A DNA stretch of 32,000 nt from Zestosphaera tikiterensis. GTDB taxonomy: Archaea; Thermoproteota; Thermoprotei_A; Sulfolobales; NBVN01. Positions 7,968 to 14,984 of the stretch are shown in pieces (within the stretch, counting starts at the first letter, position 1; every line of letters starts with the position of its first letter). The position numbers and the translations under genes were made by a program. The DNA is taken from NCBI GenBank assembly GCA_003056265.1, contig NBVN01000003.1, positions 126,923-158,922 on the forward strand, read 5' to 3'. Below the pieces are notes generated by a model. It saw only the letters and a program-made list of their open reading frames with translations, was not told the DNA's origin and searched no databases.

Positions 7968-7977
7968 CATTTATAAG
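7968..7977 (+). promoter_or_regulatory. TATA box for tRNA-Ala
   Basis: CATTTATAAG is centred about 30 nt upstream of tRNA nt 1 (8003). Confidence 0.5.
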
Positions 7978-8002
7978 CTCTCCCAATTTCTAATTTATAC
8001 TG

Positions 8003-8079
8003 GGGCCGGTAGCTCAGCCTGGAAGAGCGCTCGGCTTGCAACCGAGAGGTCCCGGGTTCAAGTCCCGGCCGGTCCACCA
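8003..8079 (+). tRNA. tRNA-Ala (anticodon UGC), CCA encoded
   Basis: Cloverleaf folded by hand. The acceptor GGGCCGG/CCGGTCC has the G3:U70 alanine identity pair. The anticodon arm is CTCGG-CTTGCAA-CCGAG and the T arm is CCGGG-TTCAAGT-CCCGG, followed by ACCA. Confidence 0.9.
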
Positions 8080-8373
8080 ACCCCTCATTAAGTTAACTAC
8101 GTCGCCCGCGATTTCCTTCGCTAGCCTACGTAATTTCTTCGTGGTTAATCTGTAGTTAACTGACCCGTCATCGTTAACTACGCCCAGCTGGGTTAGCTGG
8201 TAGTGACGCACTAGAACCTCAAGAGGGGCTACGTAGTTTGTGATGACTTTACCGCCGACCCTATACTGCTCGTAGACATAGAGCTTACCCTTAACCTTCT
8301 TAACGACGAAGCCCAAGCCAACACCCAAATATGTAGTTAACTCTGAAGGCATATTAACCCAAACCCCACCCAA
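8014..8373 (-). pseudogene. SSV-type (fusellovirus-like) integrase N-terminal fragment, Int(N), reading into the tRNA-Ala gene
   Basis: The ORF's last ~22 codons (...WWTGRDLNPGPLGCKPSALPG) are the reverse complement of tRNA-Ala nt 8014-8079. Upstream it encodes KGKLYVYEQYRVGGKVITNYVAPLEVLV, the integrase N-terminal motif. No catalytic tyrosine-recombinase part follows. The likely real start is the ATG at 8352. Confidence 0.7.
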
Positions 8374-8456
8374 GAGATCCTACGTAAGTTATCTATAAAA
8401 ACGCTATGTAGATGTAAGAAGCAAGTTCTGAAAAACCTTGGCAACATAAATTCATG

Positions 8457-9152
8457 CTAGCGTTTAAACCATTTATCTAGTGAAATATGTTTATTATGTT
8501 CAGCTAGCTCAATTCTATTTCTTATTTCATCGGCAATTTTTCGCTGTATTTCATTGATGTTAGTTAATAAATAGTTGAGAACTCTTTCTTCGATTTCCAG
8601 TTCCTTTGCCTTGACTTTAACCATTTCCGCTATTAATTCACTATATTTATTCTCGTCCAGCTTAACTTCTATTTCCTTAGCCAGCTCCTCGACTTTGTGT
8701 TTATATTCGTCGCTCTTTAATACATCCCGTATTTTTACTAGCCTTTCGTCTATTGGCATGTTCCCACTTGAGTGAAATAGTTCGGATTTCAATATAATTT
8801 CAGCTAACTTTCTCGGATTCCTTAAGGTAGCTATGTAGTCCAGCATGTCATGCAGGTCTACTGCTAATCTACACTCTTCTTTATTATAATACTTACTACA
8901 AATGGTCAACACCATATTCCTTCTACCTTTACTACCACGACTCCAATCATGCCCGATAAAACCTGCCTCTATTAACTCATAGAAAACCCTCTTATCATCT
9001 TCACTACTTAAACGGTCCGTAGCTTTAGATGGCTCATCAATCAATTTATTAACAAATCGAGCAACATCCTCACTAACACCTAGACAACGAGCCAACTTCA
9101 CGTGAAGCTTCCAAGAAGGCATTGTAATCAGCCTCTCACTAGCACCACTCAA
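8457..9152 (-). CDS. Hypothetical protein with His/Asp motifs (possible metal-dependent hydrolase) and a C-terminal coiled-coil-like tail
   Basis: 231-aa ORF. The probable start is the ATG at 9122 (MPSWKLH), with GAGAGG 10 nt upstream. Motifs are H17, GH68D69W and DLH101D102MLD105Y. The C-terminal 90 aa are E/K-rich and helical. I recognised no family. Confidence 0.5.
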   Translation of the reverse strand: MSGASERLITMPSWKLHVKLARCLGVSEDVARFVNKLIDEPSKATDRLSSEDDKRVFYELIEAGFIGHDWSRGSKGRRNMVLTICSKYYNKEECRLAVDLHDMLDYIATLRNPRKLAEIILKSELFHSSGNMPIDERLVKIRDVLKSDEYKHKVEELAKEIEVKLDENKYSELIAEMVKVKAKELEIEERVLNYLLTNINEIQRKIADEIRNRIELAEHNKHISLDKWFKR

Positions 9153-9558
9153 ATTAAATTGTTAGTTTCCAATTTCTTGTTAGTTATTTTCTTTAAAACA
9201 TTCACCATTTTAAAAATAGTAACACGAGTAACGTGATTAGAGTTGCTAGTCCTATAAGAGATATGGATATTTTCTTCTTATGATATCTAATATCACTTCA
9301 ACGTTGTTGCTTCCTACGGGTACGTCTATCTCCTCCTTGTTGGCTTTGACAGTTCATTATATGGTTAATGATTAATTATAAACGACCTTACACCTATGTC
9401 TTTAAATTCAAATAAATAAAGTAGTTTTGACTTCCTCAGTTATCGAGACAGAAACATATCCAGTTTAGCTATGACGCCTCATTGTGATAAATGCCTTTAT
9501 CACTTTAAAAATTATCGTAAAGGCTTTACTGGAATCTCGCAGTATATTTAGTCAGCAC

Positions 9559-10890
9559 TTAACTTAGATTTCTCACGTAATTGGTGAACTCCTCGTTACT
9601 TGAGAAGAGCTTATACATATTGTATGAGTATATAGCATATACCCTACCGTTTACGCATCCACTCTGACTCCAGTAGCTAAAGTACTCTTGTAGTGCTATG
9701 GTAACATCTTTAGCGGTTAAAGCATAAGGCATATTAGTATAATATCTCCCTGCGGGATCTACTATCGCAAGCTTTCCGTTAGTTTCAGGTAAAGCTACTG
9801 TTGCATGACCTACTGTTTCGTTGTCTTTTTCAAAGACAACCAGCAAAACCCATACAATACGTTTCTTTCCGTTATAGTTTAATATCATGCTTGCTAAGAG
9901 GTTTGCCATATCTTCGCAATCACCAGTTAAATCTCTTGCTGTTTCGTTGGGAAATCTCCAAAATTCACGCCTCCACATTAACGACGTATTCAATTCAGGC
10001 AATATCGGTTCTGGGGAATCGTATGAGTAGTATATGCTGTCTTTTACCCATAAATACATTTTTAGTATGTCATTCCAAAGCTCGTTTATATCTGCTTGAT
10101 TGCTCCAACCGCCAGTAACGTTGATTACAAGCGATTTAATCGCTGGATCTTCTGGTGTTATAAACTTCATCCAGTCCTCATATTCTAGTGCTTGCCTTAA
10201 ATTTACCTGGCTCTTGATGCTGTTATACCAAGATATGAAGCTCTCGTATTCGGTTTTAAGTGAGTTATACATATTTACCAACGCTTCGTACTTGCTGACT
10301 AGCGAATCATAAAACTCTTTTAACATGTTGTAGTTTATGCTTAACTTATCGTAATCTTCTTGAAGTAATGAATATTTCTTGTTAAGGTCGTTGTACTTAT
10401 TGTTGAGAGTGCTGTAATCACTAAGTAATGAGTTATACTGGTTTTGAAGTGCAACATAGTTGTTATTTAGTATGTTGTAGTTGTTAAGTAGCTCGTTGTA
10501 TTGCGTGGTGATTTTTACGTAGTCGTTCTTAAGGGCCTCGTAATCGTTAAGTAACTGCTCGTATTGATTCTTTAACATGTTATAATCGTTTTTAAGTACG
10601 CTATAGTTGTTGAGCAACCTACTATATCGAGCGGTAAGCTCGTTATAGCTGTCCTTAAGTTGGTCGTATTGGTTCTTTAACGTGTCGTAGTTACTTTTAA
10701 GTACGTTGTAGTTATTGAGCAACATACTATATTGATTAGTTAGCGAATCATACTTATTACTCAACGTTTGATAATCCTGTTTGAGAGATAAAAACTCACT
10801 ATAGAAATACCCAAAAAGAGACGCAAAAACCATATTCAAAACAACTAACGTAACTACCACAACCTTCAACGAAGGCAAATTACCTCCCAT
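9559..10890 (-). CDS. Membrane-anchored protein: N-terminal TM helix, 27-heptad Leu/Tyr coiled-coil stalk, C-terminal transglutaminase-like cysteine protease domain
   Basis: 443 aa. The TM helix is LKVVVVTLVVLNMVFASLFGYFY. Residues 34-222 are 27 uninterrupted heptads of the form xxLxxxY. The C-terminal domain has a Cys-His-Asp arrangement: GDCEDMANLLAS ... GHATVALPE ... IVDPAG. Confidence 0.75.
   Translation of the reverse strand: MGGNLPSLKVVVVTLVVLNMVFASLFGYFYSEFLSLKQDYQTLSNKYDSLTNQYSMLLNNYNVLKSNYDTLKNQYDQLKDSYNELTARYSRLLNNYSVLKNDYNMLKNQYEQLLNDYEALKNDYVKITTQYNELLNNYNILNNNYVALQNQYNSLLSDYSTLNNKYNDLNKKYSLLQEDYDKLSINYNMLKEFYDSLVSKYEALVNMYNSLKTEYESFISWYNSIKSQVNLRQALEYEDWMKFITPEDPAIKSLVINVTGGWSNQADINELWNDILKMYLWVKDSIYYSYDSPEPILPELNTSLMWRREFWRFPNETARDLTGDCEDMANLLASMILNYNGKKRIVWVLLVVFEKDNETVGHATVALPETNGKLAIVDPAGRYYTNMPYALTAKDVTIALQEYFSYWSQSGCVNGRVYAIYSYNMYKLFSSNEEFTNYVRNLS
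10225..10791 (-). repeat. 21-bp-periodic coding repeat (27 heptads) inside the 9559-10890 gene
   Basis: Each 21-nt unit encodes xxLxxxY. The protein has Tyr at every 7th residue from aa 40 to aa 222. Confidence 0.85.
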
Positions 10891-11449
10891 AATTTATCAT
10901 AAAGAGTTACATAAAAAAGATTGCGTTGCTAAATAATAAATTGTTAGACAGATACTAGCTACTTCTTTAGTTAGTTTAAAAGACCTTTCTAATCTAACTC
11001 AGATACAAAGATCTTGATCATCACTCTTCTCTCCAAAGAATATAGGAATTGATGTCATATTACTGGTATTCTGGTATTATAAAGAGAGTTCTCACGATTG
11101 CTTCGTACCTGCTACCTACCTATGATAAGCCCTTTTATTTCTCTTATTAGAGTTCAAGAAAAAGGTTAAAGAAATAGTAAAACCTGTTATAAAGGTAAGG
11201 AGCTAACGTTAGAAGAATACATTAAAAGAGTAGACGAGGAATGTAAAGGCATGAGAAAATTTAGAATAAGCACAAAAGAAAAATCTAAATACGAAGACAA
11301 TTGAAACGCCCTATTAAAAACTTAGAAGTAGGTAACATAAACCAAATATTGTTGCCGTTGAAGCTTGCTCTTAATGGTAAGAGCGTAGATTGCTTATTAA
11401 ACTGCTTAAACATGCTTATATCTTAACCTTTATAAGGTTTGCTTAGGGT

Positions 11450-12667
11450 TTATAAGTAAGGGTAGTGACCGTCTGGGTGGGAAGGGTAGAATTTCTCGTT
11501 CATTTCCTTTATCAGTTCTAGCAGTTCGTGTGAATTGTGAGCTAAAGGTATGCTATCGAGTAAATCTCGCCATTTCTTACTTTGTTCGCATAACCCATTC
11601 CATTGCGAATACCCTTTGTCTAGTCCTCTAAGGGCATCAGATAAGCTAGGGTCTAGTCTTCTGAGGACGTTAGATAAGCTAGGTATGTCAACACCAACTT
11701 TCAATCCGTATTCCTGATATTTATTGGCGTAACCGCTTAACCAAGCTTTTTGGAACTTGTTAGGTTCAAACTCCTCAAGCGGAACTTTTCTTCCGTTACC
11801 TGTCTTTGGATTGTTGCGGAAATCTCTGTATGCTTCAAAGTGAGGCACGACATTATTTATGAACATATCGTATAGCGAACTAAAGTCGTTTGACCAAGTT
11901 CTTGGGTGGAAAAGCGGATATTCCTTCGGTAGGGAGTAAGGATCTATGGGTACAACCGCTACGTTATGAAAGTCTATTGATGGGCCTAACCCTGCTACGA
12001 CATATAACGCTACATTGTTAAAGTTCTCATCCCATAGGGGTTTAACAACCTTTAATAGGGTTTTAAAGCCTGTTAGTTGCTTTTCTAAAATCCTTGAGCT
12101 ATCCCATTCACGTTTCCCAGTAGGATCCTTGAATGATAATTCAAAGATAATCCTTCCCCGCCCGCTATCACGTAGAGATTTCTTAAGCTCTTCTCTAATA
12201 AGGCTAATTGCCTTCTCGTTATTATTTAAGGTCGAGAAGAAGATACCATTTGTTTGAATAACAGCTCTTGTGCTGGGATATCTGTTCAGCCCAATTTCTT
12301 GTATTACCTGTAAAGCCTTACCGCAGGCTTTTAACGTAAGTAAAGTTCTATCCAAAGAAAGGCACGGCTCACCTCCCTGTATTCTTACCCAGTTAATTTT
12401 CCTTTGAACGTTAAGACTGTAGAGATTATCCAGAGCCTTCAATACGTGATCTAAACTATATGTGTAACCCTCTCTATTCGGAAACCACGCATATCTCCAA
12501 GCATAACATAAGGGACATCTAAGGTTGCATCCAGCATACCTTAAAACAAGGGCGTATCCTTCACCACCTCTTTTACCTTCCTTATTCAACTCAAAAGGTC
12601 TAATTTTCGAATCTATTGATGACTCAGTTGGTGATCTAGCAAAAAATTCGTATTGCTTCATAACCAT
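11450..12667 (-). CDS. Radical SAM enzyme (QueE/activase-like core) with an uncharacterised ~200-aa C-terminal extension
   Basis: 405 aa. The CX3CX2C motif lies at C47/C51/C54 (LVLRYAGCNLRCPLCYAW), with the SAM-binding IQGGEPC downstream. There is no second Cys cluster. Confidence 0.75.
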   Translation of the reverse strand: MVMKQYEFFARSPTESSIDSKIRPFELNKEGKRGGEGYALVLRYAGCNLRCPLCYAWRYAWFPNREGYTYSLDHVLKALDNLYSLNVQRKINWVRIQGGEPCLSLDRTLLTLKACGKALQVIQEIGLNRYPSTRAVIQTNGIFFSTLNNNEKAISLIREELKKSLRDSGRGRIIFELSFKDPTGKREWDSSRILEKQLTGFKTLLKVVKPLWDENFNNVALYVVAGLGPSIDFHNVAVVPIDPYSLPKEYPLFHPRTWSNDFSSLYDMFINNVVPHFEAYRDFRNNPKTGNGRKVPLEEFEPNKFQKAWLSGYANKYQEYGLKVGVDIPSLSNVLRRLDPSLSDALRGLDKGYSQWNGLCEQSKKWRDLLDSIPLAHNSHELLELIKEMNEKFYPSHPDGHYPYL

Positions 12668-12820
12668 ACTCTATAACCTCATCAATATCCTCTCTGTAAA
12701 TCTACTATGTTAAGTAACCTTATATAGTTTCAACTCAAACGTTGCTCACTATCTAAGCATTCAACGCAGACTTCTTAACCCTTGCGTTTAAAGCTGTGGA
12801 AGGGAAGGTAAACGGTTTAA

Positions 12821-13174
12821 ATGTTAAACACGTATATAATTATAGTGTTATGGTGGTTGCTTGTGATGTTAGGAAAGATACACATATTACTGAATAAGGA
12901 GATGATCCGCGATGGGAAGTATCAAGCAATCGTAGAGAGGCAAGCCAAGCTCTTAAGGGAACTCATAGAGATGAGTAATATCAAATGTCCCTTCTGCGAT
13001 TATAAAGCAGACATATCTCAATTCAAGCTCCTCAGAGATCCTTGGAGGTTTAGGTTCTACAGAGTTAGGATGCTTCAATGCCCTAAATGTCATGGAGTAT
13101 TCAACCATTATTACGGGCTGTCCTCAAAGGATAAGGAGGTTAAGTTCACAGTTAAAGTAAAGCCTGGGAAATGA
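12821..13174 (+). CDS. Small Zn-ribbon protein (CPFC...CPKC); start uncertain
   Basis: 117-aa ORF divergent from the radical SAM gene. An internal ATG (MIRDGKYQ...) preceded by AAGGAG would give ~91 aa. Two CxxC pairs are present: CPFCDY ... CPKCHG. Confidence 0.45.
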   Translation: MLNTYIIIVLWWLLVMLGKIHILLNKEMIRDGKYQAIVERQAKLLRELIEMSNIKCPFCDYKADISQFKLLRDPWRFRFYRVRMLQCPKCHGVFNHYYGLSSKDKEVKFTVKVKPGK

Positions 13175-13180
13175 GCAGAG

Positions 13181-13354
13181 ATGGCTATGGTTGAAAAGCC
13201 TACAGAGAGAACTTACGCTACCGAATTGGTTGCGGTGATTAAAGAAAAGAAAGATTTAGGTTTTGACACGGAAGTTGAAGAGCGTTTGAGTTGCTTAGAC
13301 TTTATAGTGCGGTTAACCATTACCCTGACTTTAGGGTTTGATAGGTCTTCATGA
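13181..13354 (+). CDS. Short ORF (57 aa), possibly a gene fragment
   Basis: The ATG lies 7 nt after the stop of the Zn-ribbon ORF. It translates as MAMVEKPTERTYATELVAVIKEKKDLGFDTEVEERLSCLDF... I recognised no family, and the ORF is below the ORF-track size cutoff. Confidence 0.25.
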   Translation: MAMVEKPTERTYATELVAVIKEKKDLGFDTEVEERLSCLDFIVRLTITLTLGFDRSS

Positions 13355-13509
13355 TTTCCTCTAAAAGGTCTACAGCATTTAACTCAAACGTCAAGATTAT
13401 CTCATAAAAATTCTAAGAAAAGCAGAGAACCTCAACATTCGCCACATGCTTGAGGCTCCGCTTTTTAAGGTGGGGTAAATGTTTATAAGTTTGTGTTTAA
13501 TTAAGTCAT

Positions 13510-13680
13510 GGTTGGGTGTGGGCAACCGTAGCTTGGGATGAGACCCACATCTTCCCGGAGCTGACGGCGGGAGCTGATAGGTGATGCGCTCCCGGTGAGG
13601 GGCTTCAGAAAGGTGATGGAAGCCCTAGGGGGAGAACCCCTGTTAAAAACAACAGGGGCCGTCAGCATCCAAGAACGGAA
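13510..13680 (+). ncRNA. Candidate structured ncRNA with two K-loop/C'-D'-like hairpins (unassigned family)
   Basis: A GC-rich island with a TATA-like GTTTATAAG at 13481-13489. A 9-bp closing helix, GCTGACGGC (13560-13568) with GCCGTCAGC (13658-13666), encloses three hairpins. These are GGGAGC/GCTCCC (13569-13593), GGGGCTTC/GAAGCCCT (13599-13626, whose terminal pair is G:U only in + sense) and CCCTGTT/AACAGGG (13638-13657). The loops of the first two share GA(U/A)AGGUGAUG. Confidence 0.55.
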
Positions 13681-13859
13681 TACCCTTAGAGAAAGCTTTC
13701 AACCCTATATATCATCTTATATTTGAACAAGCACTTAACAAACTGTTGGTTGAGGGTGTTGTAGTAAGTCCTAAGGAGAGGATTGATGGGGGAAGTATTC
13801 AGCGTTTCTTATCGTGCTTCAACCCAGTAAATAACCTACTGCTTAGTTGCTCTTATTAA

Positions 13860-14978
13860 CTACGAATAACTTCTTAAGTATTCTTGAATTATTGGTGAGA
13901 GACGTTTTTTAGCTTTTGATATTACTTCAAGTCCTAAAGTTAGTGTTTCTGCGTTGTCTAGAAGTATTTCATCGTTTATTATTAGTGTTTCCACGCGTAG
14001 CTCTCCTTCAACGATAGCTTTAGTTAAGCTGTTTATTTCTGTAGGTAAGGGCCAGCCGGGCGGTTCTGAGGTATTAAACATAAGTATGTTTGTTATGTAG
14101 TTGTTTTCTATAGGGCCTAAAGACTTAAATCCTAGGATGCTGGGGTTTCTGGCCGTCGCCGCGTAAATTACGTCTATTGGGTGTTTACCGGTTTTATACA
14201 CGACCTCTCTAGAGACGTCTATCATGCTGTATGAAGGTCTAACGCCTATGCCTAACCCTTCGTTAGGTTTCCACATGCTTAACTGCGATCCCCACCTGAT
14301 TACGTTATTTCCAGACCCGTTCGTAGGGTTTATATAAACTACGTTGGGTTCTGAAGGGTCTACGTAAGGCGCGTTTAACACGAAGAGCTTCAAACCATAT
14401 GCTTTAGCAGTCTCTAAAACTTCATCAGTGGGTTTTCCGCAAGTTGCTAAAGCTACCTTCACCTCATCAACTTTCTCATGCCATCTGTTAATCAACATTT
14501 TAAACTCGTTCTCAGGCTCGAACTCCTCCAAACCGCAGTTTATAGGCGGGGCTAGAACAACGTTAAAGCCTGAGTCGTGTGCCGCCCTAGCTACCTCATC
14601 TAAGTATATATCTATAAATAACGCGTTCGTAATCCCTTTAGAGATCATTTCAATCATAGTCATAGCTGCTAAGAAATACATATCAGTCCTGCTTAACTTC
14701 CTAAGGTAGTCTAGATTCTTACTTAAATCCGGGTCTTTAACGACGTACCTAAGCGGGTAAAGAGAAGCTATGGTGTACGCGGAGCTAAACGCGGGTAGGA
14801 CCAACCTATCCTTACCGCTAATCAATAGTTCGGGGTAGCTGAATTCCTCCGGAGGCTCTCCCTCACCCACTCCGTTAACCCTTCCCTCACTTGAGAATAT
14901 ATACCCCTCCTTAATTAGGAGTTTCTCCTCGGTAGAGAACGTGAGTATTGAGGCGTTATTAATTAGGATTTTAACCAA
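13860..14978 (-). CDS. Amidohydrolase-superfamily protein (MTA/SAH- or nucleoside-deaminase-like) lacking the canonical HxH metal motif
   Basis: 372 aa. The N-terminal beta-sandwich and barrel entry (ILINNASILTF...GKDRLVLPAFSSAYTIAS) align to the xPGFxxxHxH segment, but Y-T-I replaces H-x-H. The stop of the upstream phosphorylase gene lies 6 nt from its start. Confidence 0.6.
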   Translation of the reverse strand: MVKILINNASILTFSTEEKLLIKEGYIFSSEGRVNGVGEGEPPEEFSYPELLISGKDRLVLPAFSSAYTIASLYPLRYVVKDPDLSKNLDYLRKLSRTDMYFLAAMTMIEMISKGITNALFIDIYLDEVARAAHDSGFNVVLAPPINCGLEEFEPENEFKMLINRWHEKVDEVKVALATCGKPTDEVLETAKAYGLKLFVLNAPYVDPSEPNVVYINPTNGSGNNVIRWGSQLSMWKPNEGLGIGVRPSYSMIDVSREVVYKTGKHPIDVIYAATARNPSILGFKSLGPIENNYITNILMFNTSEPPGWPLPTEINSLTKAIVEGELRVETLIINDEILLDNAETLTLGLEVISKAKKRLSPIIQEYLRSYS

Positions 14979-14984
14979 GGCTTT

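Larger units (their letters stand above)
8080..13859. mobile_element. Remnant of an integrated element or accessory island at the 3' end of tRNA-Ala (right border not defined)
   Basis: Int(N) lies at the tRNA junction. Coding density is low, with ORF-free gaps of 406, 559 and 685 bp. There are orphan genes without housekeeping context and apparent gene fragments. I found no second copy of the tRNA 3' half (attR) anywhere in the window. Confidence 0.55.

Noticed and set aside
9241-9355. Minus-strand open frame ...VKANKEEIDVPVGSNNVEVILDIIRRKYPYLL*, faintly reminiscent of the N-terminal part of a MoaD/ThiS-type beta-grasp protein
   Set aside because: It has no start codon, is only ~35 codons long, sits right after an in-frame stop, and the resemblance is subjective. 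At most it is a decayed fragment.
9483-9502. Perfect inverted repeat GTGATAAA-tgcc-TTTATCAC, 57 nt downstream of the TGase-like gene
   Set aside because: It is most simply a 3'-end hairpin adjacent to A/T runs. It has a single copy and no evidence of a regulatory role.
10225-10791. Periodic 21-bp DNA repeat, considered as a CRISPR-like or satellite array
   Set aside because: It lies entirely within one long ORF, has no spacer/repeat alternation, and the periodicity is the heptad repeat of the encoded coiled coil.
10891-11449. Short lysine-rich frame fragments (e.g. ...KGKELTLEEYIKRVDEECKGMRKFRISTKEKSKYEDN*) in the 559-bp gap
   Set aside because: They are interrupted by stops in all frames and too short to call. 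They are noted only as consistent with gene decay in the island.
13647-13859. 71-codon open frame (+), ...EKAFNPIYHLIFEQALNKLLVEGVVVSPKERIDGGSIQRF..., that looks vaguely winged-helix-like
   Set aside because: The first canonical start is the TTG at 13746. The 5' part overlaps the structured RNA candidate. It cannot be distinguished from chance or from a gene remnant without a database search.
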